Positions 37,495-48,564 of a stretch of DNA of 64,000 nt are shown here, piece by piece. The DNA lies in assembly GCA_965250285.1 (NCBI GenBank), contig OZ252299.1, positions 5,856,001-5,920,000 of the forward strand, given 5' to 3'. The stretch is from Myxococcota bacterium (GTDB lineage: Bacteria > Myxococcota_A > UBA9160 > UBA4427). Position 1 is the stretch's first letter, and the number at the start of each line of letters is the position of its first letter. Under the pieces are notes generated by a model, which searched no databases, was not told where the DNA came from, and saw nothing but the letters and a program-made list of their open reading frames with translations. The translations under genes were made by a program, and so were the position numbers.

Positions 37495-39726
37495 ATGAGC
37501 ACGAAGAAGGCAGAACCGGTGAGCGAGGGCTGGCGCGCTCGGGTCGAATCACTGATCCGTGCGCAGGACGGGCCCTTGACCCGCGAGCTGCTGCGTGAGC
37601 CCGGCCGCTTCGGCCTCGGTCAGGTGCCCGAGAAGCGGGCGCCCGACGCAGCGACGACGGTCGTCTGTGGGTTCTGCGCGACTGGCTGTGGTCTGGTTGC
37701 GCATCTGCGAGAGGGCGAGGCGACGAACCTCTCACCTGCGGTGCAATACCCGGTCAACATCGGCATGGCGTGTCCGAAGGGCTGGGAGGCGCTGCGCGTG
37801 CTCGACGCCGACGACCGCGCCACGACGCCCCTCGTGCGCAACGATGCCGGCGAGCTCGTGCCGGTCGACTGGGCCACCGCGCTCGAGACGTTCGTCGACG
37901 GGTTCAAGCGCGTTCAGGCCGAGCACGGCGGCGATGCCTGCGCGTTCCTCGGCACGGGCCAGATCACGAGCGAAGAGCTCGCTTTTCTCGGTGCGCTCGG
38001 TCGTTTCGGCATGGGCTTCGCGCACGGCGACGGCAATACGCGTCAGTGCATGGCGACCGCCGTGACCGCGTACAAGGAGTCGTTCGGCTTCGACGCGCCG
38101 CCGTACAGCTACGACGACTTCGAGGAGTCGGACGTCATCGTTCTGGTGGGTTCGAACCTGTGCATCGCACACCCGATCATGTGGGAGCGTGTTTGCCGCA
38201 ACCCCCACGATCCGAAGATCGTCGTCGTCGACCCGCGACGCACCGAGACGGCGATGGCGGCGACCCATCACTACGCGATCGCGCCAAAGAGCGATCTCGA
38301 CTTCTTCTACGGGGTGGCCCACGAGCTGATTCGAAACGGCTGGATCGATCGCGAGTTCGTCGACGCGCACACCGAAGGCTTCGAGGCCTTCGAGGCCCAT
38401 GTCGCCGACTATGCGCCCGAGGTCGTGGCAGAGCGGGCCGGCGTGTCGGCCGACGCGATCCGAGAGTTGGCCCAGCTGATTCATGCCGGCAAGCGGGTCT
38501 CGTTCTGGTGGACGATGGGCGTGAACCAGGGACATCAAGCCGTGCGTGTCGCGCAGTCGATCATCGATCTCGCCCTGATGACCGGCCACATCGGACGCCC
38601 GGGGACCGGTGCGAACTCAATCACCGGTCAGTGCAACGCGATGGGCTCGCGCATGTTCAGCGCGACGAGCAGCCTCTACTGTGGTCGCCACTTCGGTGAC
38701 GAGAGCGATCGCCGTGAGGTCGCCGACATCCTCGACATTCCGGTCGAGTCGATCCCTTCGGAGGGAGGGCTCACGTACGACGAGGTGGTCGACGGGATTC
38801 ATGCAGGCCGGATCAAGGGTCTCTGGGTCGTTGCGACCAACGGCGCGCACACGTGGATCCATCAGAATGGCTTCAAGGAGGCGGTCGAGAAGCTCGACTT
38901 CCTGGTTGTGCAGGACATGTACTCGAGCACCGAGACCGCCGAGCTCGCCGATCTCGTCCTGCCTGCCGCGGGATGGGGCGAAAAAGATGGCACGTTCATC
39001 AACAGTGAACGGCGCATCGGCCTGATCAAGAAGGTGCGCCGGGCCCCCGGGCAGGCCCTCGCCGACTTTCAGATCTTTCGGCTCATCGCCGACGCCTGGG
39101 GATGTGGTGCGCTCTTCGACCGATGGAAGTCGCCCGAAGACGTCTTCGGCTTGCTGCGGTCTCTCACGCGCGGCCGCCCGAACGACATGTCGGGGATCGA
39201 CGGCTACTCGACGATCGACCAGGCCGGTGGGATTCAGTGGCCCCTGCGCGCCGGTGAGGCCGTGCCCGACACGGGGCGCCGGCTCTTCGAGGACGGCCAG
39301 TTCTATCGAGAAGGGGGGCGCGCCCGGTTCGTGTTCGAGGCGCCGATCGCGCCGCCCGAGCCGGTCGACGACGACTACCCGTTCGTGCTGCTCAGCGGCC
39401 GCGGCGCCTCGAGCCAGTGGCACACCGAGACGCGCACCGCGAAGTCACCCGTGCTGCGAAAGCTCCACCGGACCGAGCCCTACGTCGAGATCGCGCCCGA
39501 CGACGCGGCGCGTCTGGGCATCGACGACGAAATGGTGGTGGTGATTCGCTCCCGCCGTGGCTCGATGCAAGCGACCGCCGTGGTGCGGCCGACGGTGGCT
39601 CCGGGCCAGGTCTTCGTGCCCATGCACTACGCCGAGACCAATCGGCTCACGTACCCGTGCGTCGACCCGCACTCGCGTCAGCCCTCGTACAAGCACTGTG
39701 CGGTGCTCATCGAGCGAGCACCGTAG
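37495..39726 (+). CDS. Mo-bisPGD nitrate reductase catalytic subunit (NasA/NarB type)
   Basis: [57 protein letters not shown]. Confidence 0.9.
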   Translation: MSTKKAEPVSEGWRARVESLIRAQDGPLTRELLREPGRFGLGQVPEKRAPDAATTVVCGFCATGCGLVAHLREGEATNLSPAVQYPVNIGMACPKGWEALRVLDADDRATTPLVRNDAGELVPVDWATALETFVDGFKRVQAEHGGDACAFLGTGQITSEELAFLGALGRFGMGFAHGDGNTRQCMATAVTAYKESFGFDAPPYSYDDFEESDVIVLVGSNLCIAHPIMWERVCRNPHDPKIVVVDPRRTETAMAATHHYAIAPKSDLDFFYGVAHELIRNGWIDREFVDAHTEGFEAFEAHVADYAPEVVAERAGVSADAIRELAQLIHAGKRVSFWWTMGVNQGHQAVRVAQSIIDLALMTGHIGRPGTGANSITGQCNAMGSRMFSATSSLYCGRHFGDESDRREVADILDIPVESIPSEGGLTYDEVVDGIHAGRIKGLWVVATNGAHTWIHQNGFKEAVEKLDFLVVQDMYSSTETAELADLVLPAAGWGEKDGTFINSERRIGLIKKVRRAPGQALADFQIFRLIADAWGCGALFDRWKSPEDVFGLLRSLTRGRPNDMSGIDGYSTIDQAGGIQWPLRAGEAVPDTGRRLFEDGQFYREGGRARFVFEAPIAPPEPVDDDYPFVLLSGRGASSQWHTETRTAKSPVLRKLHRTEPYVEIAPDDAARLGIDDEMVVVIRSRRGSMQATAVVRPTVAPGQVFVPMHYAETNRLTYPCVDPHSRQPSYKHCAVLIERAP

Positions 39727-39799
39727 ATAAGAGGTGTGTGCAACAAATGCGATCTGGGCTGAGGGTGGCACGAAGTCCTGCGGATCGATTGCGCAAGAG

Positions 39800-39816
39800 T
39801 TGGAACGAACCTTGCT
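39800..39816 (+). promoter_or_regulatory. sigma54-type promoter for nasT-nasS
   Basis: TTGGAACGAACCTTGCT, canonical GG-N10-GC with TTGC. Confidence 0.6.
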
Positions 39817-39888
39817 CTTCTCTTGAGGCAAGAACCCATCACTCGGGCAGGTCGTCGCTCGGGTGGGCCGGGATCGTCGAGGGAGACG

Positions 39889-40470
39889 GTGGAAGAGAAG
39901 CTGCGCGTCATGCTGATCGATGCCCGCAAGGCGCGATCGGACGAGCTCACGCTCGGGCTCGAGGAGGCCGGGTGCCACGTCGTGCATCGCTCGACCCCCG
40001 CGTCGGATCTCGAGCACGCGGTCGCCGAGTGTGCGCCCGAGGTGATCATCATCGACCTCGATAGCCCCGACCGCGACACCCTCGAAGGCATGTGTCGCCT
40101 GGGGGGCGACCAGCCGCGGCCGATCGTGATGTTCATGGATGACACCGATCGCGACTCGATCCGCAGCGCGGTGCATGCAGGCGTGGCCGCCTATGTCGTC
40201 AAGGGGTCTTCTCCCGACCGCGTGCGGCCCGTGCTCGATGTGGCCATCGAGCGCTTCCGGCGCCATGAATCGCTCAAGGCCGAGCTGCGCGAGATGAAGT
40301 CGACGCTCGACGAGCGAAAGCTGGTCGAACGAGCCAAGGGCATCTTGATGGAGAAGCGAGGTGTCACCGAGAACGAGGCATACAAGACGCTGCGTACGAT
40401 GGCGATGAGCCGCAGCGTGAAGATTCAGGAGGTCGCCCGCCGTGTGATCGACATGGCCGACCTGCTCTGA
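39889..40470 (+). CDS. nasT: ANTAR-domain antiterminator NasT
   Basis: Receiver-like domain (IIIDLDSPDRDTLE, PRPIVMF) plus LDERKLVERAKGILM..EAYKTLRTMAM ANTAR. Confidence 0.9.
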   Translation: MEEKLRVMLIDARKARSDELTLGLEEAGCHVVHRSTPASDLEHAVAECAPEVIIIDLDSPDRDTLEGMCRLGGDQPRPIVMFMDDTDRDSIRSAVHAGVAAYVVKGSSPDRVRPVLDVAIERFRRHESLKAELREMKSTLDERKLVERAKGILMEKRGVTENEAYKTLRTMAMSRSVKIQEVARRVIDMADLL

Positions 40471-40558
40471 GCGAAGAGCTGATCGACGGGCAGATCGAAG
40501 AGCAGCCGAACGAACGAAGCATCCGCCGCAGGGGGCGGAGGGACGGAGCGCAGGGGCA

Positions 40559-41881
40559 ATGGCAGAAGGCATCGGGGGCCAAGAAGACAGTGTCGGCGAG
40601 CAGGCTGCGCACGGCCTCGAACGGCCCGAGCTCACCTTCGGGTTCATTGCGCTCACCGACTGCGCACCGCTGGTCATCGCGAAGGAGCGAGGCTTCTTCA
40701 GGAAGCACGGCCTGACGGTCAAGCTCGAACGCCAGGCATCGTGGGCCAATGTGCGCGACAAGGTCTGTCACGGTTTGCTGGACGGGGCGCAGATGCTCGC
40801 CCCGATGCCACTTGCATCGACCCTCGGCCTCTCGGGCATGTCGACGCCGATGGTCGTCCCCATCGGGCTCAGCCTCGGCGGCAATGCGATCACCGTATCC
40901 CGCGAGCTTCGCGCGCAGATGACCGACGTTTCGCCGGAGGGTGCGGCCGATCCGCGGCAGGCGGCGGGCGTGTTGCGCGAGGTGATCCGTGCCCGCCGCG
41001 ACGCGGGCTCCCCGCCGCTTCGCTTCGCAGCGGTGCATCCCCATTCGTCGCACTACTACCAGCTCTGCCATTGGATGGGCATGGCTGGGATCGATCCGCA
41101 CCGTGACGTCTCGCTGTCGATCGTGCCGCCGCCCTCGATGGTGCGCGCGCTCACCTCGGGCAAGATCGACGGCTACGCAGTGGGCGAGCCGTGGAGCCAG
41201 CAGGCCGCCGATCTCGGTGTCGGGTTTCCGATCGTGACCTCCGACGAGATCTGGGCCAGCGCGCTCGAGAAGGTGTTCGCCGTGACGGCCGAGTGGGCCG
41301 AGCGCCATCCGGCGACGCTACGAGCCGTGGTGCGAGCACTGCTCGAGGCGGCGGCGTGGGTCGACGACCCGGCACACCGACTCGAAACGGTGCACGTGGT
41401 CGCAAGCGAGAGCTACGTCGACGCCCCGGTCGAGACGGTGAGCCCGTCGATGGTCGATCGCGCGCCCGACGAGCCGGTGGGCGGACCTCGCACGCGGCAT
41501 GCCTTTCACCGCCATGCGGCGAACCATCCATGGGTGTCGCACGGGCTCTGGTACCTGATTCAGATGGTGCGTTGGGGCCAGGTCGAGAAGCCGATCGCGT
41601 TGCGCGAGACGGCGGAGCAGGTCTTTCGCCCCGACCTGCATCGCGACGCGGCCGAAGAGCTCGGCTGGCCCTTCCCGGAGATGTCCGAGAAGAGTGAGGG
41701 CTTGCACGACGCAGAGTGGTGGCTCGACGATGACGAGAAGTCGATTCGCATGGGCCCGGACCGCTTCATGGACGGGCACGTGTTTCGGCCCGAAGAGCCG
41801 ATCGCGTATCTCGAGGGCTTCGAGGTCTCCGACCTGCGGGTGCGACTCGACGATCTCGCCCTCCTGAATGGACCGTCATGA
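40559..41881 (+). CDS. nasS: Cytoplasmic nitrate sensor NasS (NrtA/CmpA family, no signal peptide)
   Basis: [38 protein letters not shown]; lacks signal peptide; follows nasT. Confidence 0.8.
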   Translation: MAEGIGGQEDSVGEQAAHGLERPELTFGFIALTDCAPLVIAKERGFFRKHGLTVKLERQASWANVRDKVCHGLLDGAQMLAPMPLASTLGLSGMSTPMVVPIGLSLGGNAITVSRELRAQMTDVSPEGAADPRQAAGVLREVIRARRDAGSPPLRFAAVHPHSSHYYQLCHWMGMAGIDPHRDVSLSIVPPPSMVRALTSGKIDGYAVGEPWSQQAADLGVGFPIVTSDEIWASALEKVFAVTAEWAERHPATLRAVVRALLEAAAWVDDPAHRLETVHVVASESYVDAPVETVSPSMVDRAPDEPVGGPRTRHAFHRHAANHPWVSHGLWYLIQMVRWGQVEKPIALRETAEQVFRPDLHRDAAEELGWPFPEMSEKSEGLHDAEWWLDDDEKSIRMGPDRFMDGHVFRPEEPIAYLEGFEVSDLRVRLDDLALLNGPS

Positions 41882-42003
41882 AGGTCGGGGCTCGAAACAT
41901 TGGAGGGGCCGTGCCCGGATCGACGGCGGCGGTGGCTTGGAGCGACCGTTCGATGCCCGCCGGTTGGGCTTGTCCGCCCCTGTCGTGGGCATGCGGGCGA
42001 GAA

Positions 42004-42066
42004 CTGGCACGGTCTGCGCCGGCGAGGGAGACGTGAGACGCATTCGTGCTTGGCACGGATCTTGGA
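42004..42066 (+). promoter_or_regulatory. One or two sigma54-type promoters for the nrt operon
   Basis: CTGGCACGGTCTGCGC (42004-19) and TTGGCACGGATCTTGG (42050-65). Confidence 0.5.
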
Positions 42067-42201
42067 AACGACCCGGGTGGAGAGAGAACGCAGGTCACCG
42101 ATCGAGCCCGAAGCGCTGAGCGCGAAACCGGGCCGAGGCAAGCAGGCGCGAGGCGGGTGAGACCCGAGCCGCGCTGACATCAGATGGCCGCTGACCGGCC
42201 A

Positions 42202-42303
42202 TGGTTCCAATGACGGGACCAGATCGAAGGGATGAGCCCGAAAGGGCTCCGGGCAAGGGCGCCCTCGCACGCAGACGCGTGCAAGGACGCCCTTCGTGTT
42301 TTT
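42202..42303 (+). promoter_or_regulatory. Second ANTAR-responsive leader with overlapping terminator
   Basis: TGGTTCC-AATGAC-GGGACCA (42202-21) and GGGC-AAGGGC-GCCC (42251-64); AAGGGCG..GCACGC pairs with GCGTGC..CGCCCTT, followed by CGTGTTTTT. Confidence 0.8.
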
Positions 42304-42323
42304 GGAGTGGAGCAAGCGTCGAA

Positions 42324-43709
42324 ATGAAGTCTTTGAAGACACTCAATGGGTTTCGGATCACTGCAGCGATCCTGCTCTGGTCGGTTGCCATGGCATCGGC
42401 CCTCGCGTCAACGGCCCAGGCCGAGATGCTCGACGTCGAGAAGGACGAGCTCAAGTTCGGCTTCATCAAGCTGACCGACTGTGCGCCGCTCGTCATCGCG
42501 AAGGAGCTCGGCTTCTTCGAGGACGAGGGCCTGTTCGTCACCGTCGAGGCGCAGGCGAACTGGAAGATTCTCCTCGACCGGGTCATCGACGGGGAACTCG
42601 ACGGTGCACACATGCTCTCGGGCCAGCCGATCGGCGCGACGATCGGGATCGGCACCCAGGCGCACGTCGTCACCCCCTTCAGCATGGATCTGAACGGCAA
42701 TGGCATCACCGTGTCGAACGAGATCTGGAAGGAGATGAAGAAGAACGATCCGAAGCTCGCCGGGCCGAATCCGCCGCACCCGATCACTGCGGATGGCCTC
42801 GTGCCGATTGTCACCGAGCGCAAGGATCTGGGTGACCCGCTCAAGATGGGGATGGTCTTCCCGGTCTCGACCCACAACTACGAGCTTCGGTACTGGCTGG
42901 CCGCCTCGGGCATCAGCCCCGGCTTCTACACGAAGAACGACACGACGGGAACGACCGACGCCGACGTGCTGCTCTCGGTCACGCCGCCTCCGCAGATGCC
43001 TGCCACCCTCGAGCAGGGGACGATCCAGGGCTACTGCGTGGGCGAGCCTTGGAACCAGCAGGCCGTCTTCAAGGGTATCGGAGTGCCGGTCGTCACGAAC
43101 TACGAGATCTGGAAGAACAACCCCGAGAAGGTCTTCGGCATGACCTCCGAGTTCGTCGAAGCCAATCCGAACACCACCACGGCCATCGTCAAGGCGCTGA
43201 TCCGCGCCGGCAAGTGGCTCGATGCGTCGCCCGAGAACCGCAAGAAGGCAGTCGAGATCCTCGCGCGATCCGAGTACGTCGGGGCCGACGAAGAGGTCAT
43301 CGCGAACAGCATGACGGGCACGTTCGAGTTCGAGCGTGGCGACAAGCGCGAGATGCCCGACTTCAACGTCTTCTTCCGGCATGACGCGACCTACCCGTTC
43401 TACAGCGACGCCGTGTGGTTCCTCACGCAGATGCGACGCTGGGGGCAGATCGGCGAGGAGAAGCCCGACGGCTGGTACGACGAGGTCGCTCGCAAGGTCT
43501 ACAAGCCCGCGATCTACGAGAAGGCGGCAGCGCTTCTCGTTGAAGAGGGGCACCTCACGGCCGACGAAGTACCGAAGACCGACGGCTACAAGCCGCCCAC
43601 CGGCGACTTCATCGACGGGATCGTCTACGACGGCAAGAAGCCCAACGCCTATCTCGCGAGCTTCGAGATCGGCAACCAGGGCAAGCGCAGCATGGCAAGC
43701 GCCAACTGA
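42324..43709 (+). CDS. nrtA: Nitrate ABC transporter periplasmic binding protein (NrtA/NasF)
   Basis: Signal peptide, [40 protein letters not shown]. Confidence 0.9.
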   Translation: MKSLKTLNGFRITAAILLWSVAMASALASTAQAEMLDVEKDELKFGFIKLTDCAPLVIAKELGFFEDEGLFVTVEAQANWKILLDRVIDGELDGAHMLSGQPIGATIGIGTQAHVVTPFSMDLNGNGITVSNEIWKEMKKNDPKLAGPNPPHPITADGLVPIVTERKDLGDPLKMGMVFPVSTHNYELRYWLAASGISPGFYTKNDTTGTTDADVLLSVTPPPQMPATLEQGTIQGYCVGEPWNQQAVFKGIGVPVVTNYEIWKNNPEKVFGMTSEFVEANPNTTTAIVKALIRAGKWLDASPENRKKAVEILARSEYVGADEEVIANSMTGTFEFERGDKREMPDFNVFFRHDATYPFYSDAVWFLTQMRRWGQIGEEKPDGWYDEVARKVYKPAIYEKAAALLVEEGHLTADEVPKTDGYKPPTGDFIDGIVYDGKKPNAYLASFEIGNQGKRSMASAN

Positions 43710-43717
43710 TCCAACCC

Positions 43718-43750
43718 CTGCCCTCCCGGCCGAAGGGGCCGGGAGGGCGG
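43718..43750 (+). other. Intercistronic stem-loop after nrtA
   Basis: 14-bp stem CTGCCCTCCCGGCC / GGCCGGGAGGGCGG with no U tract; probably mRNA-stabilising. Confidence 0.5.
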
Positions 43751-43793
43751 CTCGCCCCGAGCACGACGAACACCGCTGGAAGGCAGGACTCTC

Positions 43794-44810
43794 ATGGAAG
43801 GCAAGGCTCGCATCATCAAGGGACTCGAGACGATTGGTCTCGGCATCTTCGTCCCGCTGGTCCGACTCGCGACCGGCGAAGACCCGAAGACGCAGCTCCG
43901 AACACTGAGTCGAGAGATCCTGATCCCGATCCTCGCGATCGTGATCTTCCTCGGCGCGTGGGCGATTCTCGCCGGCAGCGTCGAGACGAGCATCGGCTCC
44001 GTGCCGGGCCCGGTGGCGGTCTGGGCCGAGGCGGGCAACCTCGTCGACGAGCACCGTGCAGAGCGCGTGAAGGAGCAGGAGTTCCATCAGCGCATGGTCA
44101 CGCTGAAGGCCAAGTACGAGGCGGCCGGGAAGCCGTGGAAGGAACGGAACTACTCCGGCAAGCCCACGTTCTTCGACCAGATTCTCACGAGCCTGAAGAC
44201 GGTGTTCGCAGGTTTCGTGATCGCTTCGCTCATCGCCGTGCCGCTCGGCATCCTGTGTGGCTTGAGCGATCGGATCTACGCCGCGATGAACCCGTTGATC
44301 CAGATCTTCAAGCCTGTCTCACCTCTGGCATGGCTCCCGATCGTGATGATCCTCGTGAGCGCGCTCTACACCACGTCCGACCCGATGTTCGAGAAGAGCT
44401 TCATCAGCTCGGCGATCACCGTGGCGCTCTGCTCGCTCTGGCCCACGCTGGTGAACACTGCCCTCGGCGTGGCGAGCGTCGACCGCGATCATCTGAACGT
44501 CGCCAAGGTGCTTCGCCTCGGGACGTTCGAGACGGTGTTCAAGATCATCATTCCGTCGGCCATGCCGCTCATCTTCACCGGCCTTCGCCTGTCGCTCGGC
44601 GTCGGCTGGATGGTGCTGATCGCGGCCGAGATGCTGGCTCAGAACCCGGGTCTTGGGAAGTTCGTCTGGGACATGTTCCAGAACGGCAGCAGCCAGACGC
44701 TGGCGCAGATCATGGTCGCGGTGTTCACGATCGGCGGGATCGGCTTCGCGCTCGATCGCATGATGACCGTGATGCAGAACTTCGTTTCGTTCGAAGCTTC
44801 GGTGGGCTGA
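43794..44810 (+). CDS. nrtB: Nitrate ABC transporter permease
   Basis: [42 protein letters not shown]. Confidence 0.9.
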   Translation: MEGKARIIKGLETIGLGIFVPLVRLATGEDPKTQLRTLSREILIPILAIVIFLGAWAILAGSVETSIGSVPGPVAVWAEAGNLVDEHRAERVKEQEFHQRMVTLKAKYEAAGKPWKERNYSGKPTFFDQILTSLKTVFAGFVIASLIAVPLGILCGLSDRIYAAMNPLIQIFKPVSPLAWLPIVMILVSALYTTSDPMFEKSFISSAITVALCSLWPTLVNTALGVASVDRDHLNVAKVLRLGTFETVFKIIIPSAMPLIFTGLRLSLGVGWMVLIAAEMLAQNPGLGKFVWDMFQNGSSQTLAQIMVAVFTIGGIGFALDRMMTVMQNFVSFEASVG

Positions 44811-44820
44811 GGATTTCGAG

Positions 44821-45681
44821 ATGGCTTTTCTAGAGCTCAATGACGTATCGAAGGGCTACGGGGAGGGCGCTCACAGAACCGAGGTTCTGTCGAACGTCAA
44901 CCTGAGCCTGGCCGAAGGCGAGTTTCTCGCGATCGTCGGTTTCTCAGGGAGTGGCAAGACCACGCTCATCTCGCTGATTGCCGGCCTGATCGAGGCCGAC
45001 GCGGGCACGATCGAGATGGCAGGCGAGCCGATCAAAGGGCCCGGGCCTGACCGCGGCGTCGTCTTCCAGAACTACTCGCTGCTGCCGTGGCTGACGGTGC
45101 GCGGCAACGTGATGCTCGCCGTCAAGAAGATCCACAGCTCGAAGTCGACGGCCGAACAGATCGAGATCGCCGACCACTACATCGACATGGTCGGCCTGAC
45201 TCAGGCCAAAGAGAAGCGGCCCCTCGAGCTCTCGGGCGGGATGCGTCAGCGCGTCGCGGTGGCGCGGGGTCTGGCCACCGATCCGAAGCTGATGCTGCTC
45301 GATGAACCGCTCTCGGCGCTCGATGCCCTGACGCGCGCGACGCTGCAGGACGAGATCGAGCGGATCTGGCGCAGCGATCAGAAGACGGTCGTCCTGATCA
45401 CGAACGACGTCGACGAGGCGATCCTGCTCGCCGATCGCATCGTGCCGCTGAAGCCCGGCCCGAACGCGACGCTCGGTCCGGCCTTCCCGGTCCCGCTCGG
45501 TCGCCCGCGCGACCGCACATCGATGAACCACGACCCCGAGTTCAAGAAGATCCGCAACGAGGTCACGAAGTACCTGCTTCAGGTGGGCGAAGAGCAGTCG
45601 GCCAAGGCCGCGGTCGCGAGCGTCGACCTGCCCGACCTCGAGCCCCTGGATCTCACCGCACCGAAGCGAAGGAGCGTTTGA
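44821..45681 (+). CDS. Nitrate ABC transporter ATP-binding protein (NrtC-like)
   Basis: [32 protein letters not shown]. Confidence 0.9.
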   Translation: MAFLELNDVSKGYGEGAHRTEVLSNVNLSLAEGEFLAIVGFSGSGKTTLISLIAGLIEADAGTIEMAGEPIKGPGPDRGVVFQNYSLLPWLTVRGNVMLAVKKIHSSKSTAEQIEIADHYIDMVGLTQAKEKRPLELSGGMRQRVAVARGLATDPKLMLLDEPLSALDALTRATLQDEIERIWRSDQKTVVLITNDVDEAILLADRIVPLKPGPNATLGPAFPVPLGRPRDRTSMNHDPEFKKIRNEVTKYLLQVGEEQSAKAAVASVDLPDLEPLDLTAPKRRSV

Positions 45682-45683
45682 TC

Positions 45684-46487
45684 ATGGCCGGATTTCTCGA
45701 ATGCGTCGGTCTCAACAAGACCTACGACACGCCCAAGGGGCCGGCGGTCATCGTCGACGGCTTCGATCTAGAGCTGAAGCGCGGCGAGTTCGTCACGCTG
45801 ATCGGGCACTCGGGCTGTGGCAAGTCGACCGTGCTGTCCATGGTGGCCGGCCTGAATGCGATCACCGACGGCGCCGTTGTCGTCGGTGGCAAGGAGATCG
45901 CTGGCCCAGGGCCTGATCGTGGCGTGGTCTTTCAGGCGCCCTGTCTACTCCCTTGGCTCACGGCCTTCGAGAACGTGATGCTCGGGGTGGCGAAGGTATA
46001 CGCACATGGCACCGATCGTCAGCGTCGCGAGATCTGCGAGCACTATCTCTCCCGGGTCGGGCTCGCCGACGCGATGTTCAAGCGACCGGCCGAGCTCTCG
46101 GGCGGCATGCGCCAGCGCGTCGGCATCGCCCGCGCCCTGGCGCTGAAGCCCAAGGTGCTGCTGCTCGACGAGCCCTTCGGCATGCTCGACTCGCTGACGC
46201 GGATCGAGCTGCAGGAGCTGCTGCTCGACATCTGGGAAGACAACAAGATTACGACGCTGATGGTCACCCATGACGTCGACGAAGCACTCTACCTCTCGGA
46301 TCGGGTCACGATGATGACCAATGGGCCGGCAGCGAAGGTGGGGCAGATTCTCGACGTCCCCTTCCCGCGTCCGCGGGATCGGGCTGCCTTGCTCGAGACC
46401 GATGAGTACTACGCGCTCCGCGAACGCCTGATCGCCTTCCTCGAAGGCCAGGATCTCGATCGGGGGAGCTTCGAAGACGCCGCCTGA
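45684..46487 (+). CDS. Nitrate ABC transporter ATP-binding protein (NrtD-like)
   Basis: [40 protein letters not shown]. Confidence 0.9.
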   Translation: MAGFLECVGLNKTYDTPKGPAVIVDGFDLELKRGEFVTLIGHSGCGKSTVLSMVAGLNAITDGAVVVGGKEIAGPGPDRGVVFQAPCLLPWLTAFENVMLGVAKVYAHGTDRQRREICEHYLSRVGLADAMFKRPAELSGGMRQRVGIARALALKPKVLLLDEPFGMLDSLTRIELQELLLDIWEDNKITTLMVTHDVDEALYLSDRVTMMTNGPAAKVGQILDVPFPRPRDRAALLETDEYYALRERLIAFLEGQDLDRGSFEDAA

Positions 46488-46676
46488 CGAGCCGCTCGGA
46501 CACGACTGAGTCGAGCCACGCGAAGAGAACGGGAGATTTGCGCCCGCGAATGGGCGAACGAGAGAGGTGCGTCTGTAGGTCGGACGCGAGCGAACTGAGC
46601 GATGCCATGAGCGGGAGATGGGCCCGCCTTCGTCGCTAGAGAGTCTTTAGGGAAGGAAGAAAGGGTACACCACAGA

Positions 46677-48011
46677 ATGGAACGGACCGAATCGCTGGAT
46701 CGAACGATGCGCGACTTCACACGGAGGTGTGTGGGCGCTGCGGTTGTGATGGCAGTATGGGCGCTGCTCTGCGTGGGCACGTCCGCGTGGGCGCAAGAGG
46801 GGGAGTCGGACCAGGCGAAGAACCTCGTCGATGCGCTCATCCATGGCACGCCGACGCTCAACGTGCGTGGCCGCATCGAGCTCGCCAAGGCGGAGGGGCT
46901 CGAACGCTCCGAAGCCTACACGGTGCGCACGGAGCTCGGGTACGGCACGAAGCCGTGGTACGGGCTTCGCGTCTACACCAGCTTCGAGAACGTCGCGACC
47001 GCGACGCAGAAGACGTACTGGGTGCCGACGGAGGGGCCGAACACCGAGGGCCAGACGGTCATCGCGGATCCGCCAGGCACCGAAGTTCAGCAGGGCTACC
47101 TCGAGTACAAGAACGCGAAGCTCCTAGATTCGATGACGAGGGGCGGTCGTCAGGAGATCATCTACGACGACTGGAGATTCATCGGCAACGTGGTCTGGCG
47201 TCAGAATCAGCAGACCTTCGACGCCGTGACGGCCGTTTCGAAGCTCGGGCTCGACGATCTGAAGTTTCAGTACGGCTGGATCGGCAACGTCAACCGAATC
47301 TTTGGCGGCGGCGGGGCCAACCCGAATCTCTCTGACTTCCGGTCGAACTCGCATGTGCTCAACGCGAACTACAAGGTCGCTCAGCAGCTGGACGTCACGG
47401 CATTCGCCTACCTGCTCGACCTGAAGACCAATGCGCCGGCGCCAGCCGACGACTCGGCGAACTCGAACCAGAGCTACGGCTTCATTGCGAAGGGCAAGAT
47501 CCCGACTGGCGACAGCGTGACGTTCGACTACTTCTTCTCGTACGCCTTCCAGAAGAACTACGCGGACAAGGCCATCGACTACAAGGCCAACTACATCCAT
47601 GGTGCGGCTGGCATCAAGCTCAAGGGCCTGGGTCGCCTCGGCGCAGGGTACGAGCTGCTTGGGAGCGACGACGGCAGGCAGCAGTTCCTGACACCACTCG
47701 CGACCGCGCACAAGTTCAATGGTTGGGTCGACGTCTATCTGAACAATGGTGGTCCGGCGGGCCTTCGAGACCTCTACGTCAACCTCGCGCCGGCCATGCC
47801 TTGGAAGCTCAAGCCGAAGATCATCTATCACCGCTTCTGGGACGACAACACAAACACGCATCGAGGCGACGAGATCGATGCTGAGGTCAGGCGCCACTTC
47901 GGCAAGCATCTGATGCTTCTGGCGAAGGGTGGCTACTTCATCAGCGCGACGGACGCGTTCCCCGAAGTCGACACCTGGCGATTCTGGTTCGACGTGGTCA
48001 TCAAGTTCTAG
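46677..48011 (+). CDS. Outer-membrane porin, alginate export (AlgE-like) family
   Basis: Signal peptide, GRQEI..DDWRFIGNVVWRQNQQTFDA, TPLATAHKFNGW.D, terminal Phe; start 46677 or 46707. Confidence 0.75.
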   Translation: MERTESLDRTMRDFTRRCVGAAVVMAVWALLCVGTSAWAQEGESDQAKNLVDALIHGTPTLNVRGRIELAKAEGLERSEAYTVRTELGYGTKPWYGLRVYTSFENVATATQKTYWVPTEGPNTEGQTVIADPPGTEVQQGYLEYKNAKLLDSMTRGGRQEIIYDDWRFIGNVVWRQNQQTFDAVTAVSKLGLDDLKFQYGWIGNVNRIFGGGGANPNLSDFRSNSHVLNANYKVAQQLDVTAFAYLLDLKTNAPAPADDSANSNQSYGFIAKGKIPTGDSVTFDYFFSYAFQKNYADKAIDYKANYIHGAAGIKLKGLGRLGAGYELLGSDDGRQQFLTPLATAHKFNGWVDVYLNNGGPAGLRDLYVNLAPAMPWKLKPKIIYHRFWDDNTNTHRGDEIDAEVRRHFGKHLMLLAKGGYFISATDAFPEVDTWRFWFDVVIKF

Positions 48012-48068
48012 AGGGTGGTCCGTCCATTCGTCTTCGGCTCCATGCCTTCCCTAGAAGGAGCCGGAGTA

Positions 48069-48108
48069 GGTCCCGGTCGACGTTCGGGGGCGAGCGTCGG
48101 CCGGGACC
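48069..48108. terminator. Hairpin between convergent genes
   Basis: 18-bp stem (with G-U pairs) GGTCCCGGTCGACGTTCG / CGAGCGTCGGCCGGGACC. Confidence 0.5.
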
Positions 48109-48115
48109 ATTCTGC

Positions 48116-48550
48116 CTAGTCGGTCCCGGCCTCTCCGTCCGCGCCCCGCGACTCGGGCCCGAGCCCGAACTCGATGCGCGCAGCCCGCCCCTGGACGGCG
48201 GGATCCCACGGCAGGCGCTCGAGCAGGTCGTGCAGGTGTGCTGCGAAGACGTAGGTGTCGACCTGCTTCTGCTGGCCCGACGGCAAGCGAACCGCGACGC
48301 GCTCCCGCGTGTACATGTCTCCCTCGAAGCGATCGAGCGCTGCCATCGTGTCGTCGTCGAGCCTCGCGTAGACGACGCCCTCGGTCTCGGCGCCCGGCTC
48401 GGGCACGACGGCCGGGTAGCTCGCGCCGCGCACCCGGTAGCGGGCGTGGTCGGCGAGCACGGCGGGCTCATGGTCGGCGCTCCGCCCGGTGACCGCGCGA
48501 AACACGTCGTCGAAGAGCAGCGAGCCGTACACGAAGAGATCCGTCGTCAT
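48116..48550 (-). CDS. Gamma-glutamylcyclotransferase (AIG2-like) family protein
   Basis: LFVYGSL, YPAV, LDRFEGDMY. Confidence 0.88.
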   Translation of the reverse strand: MTTDLFVYGSLLFDDVFRAVTGRSADHEPAVLADHARYRVRGASYPAVVPEPGAETEGVVYARLDDDTMAALDRFEGDMYTRERVAVRLPSGQQKQVDTYVFAAHLHDLLERLPWDPAVQGRAARIEFGLGPESRGADGEAGTD

Positions 48551-48564
48551 CGTCGAGATCCGGT

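Noticed and set aside
39766..39781. TGGCACGAAGTCCTGC as a sigma54 promoter
   Set aside because: GG-to-GC spacing is 11 rather than 10; the site at 39800 fits better.
32500..48011. Nitrate cluster as a mobile genomic island
   Set aside because: No integrase, transposase, tRNA or flanking direct repeats seen; any compositional shift needs computation.
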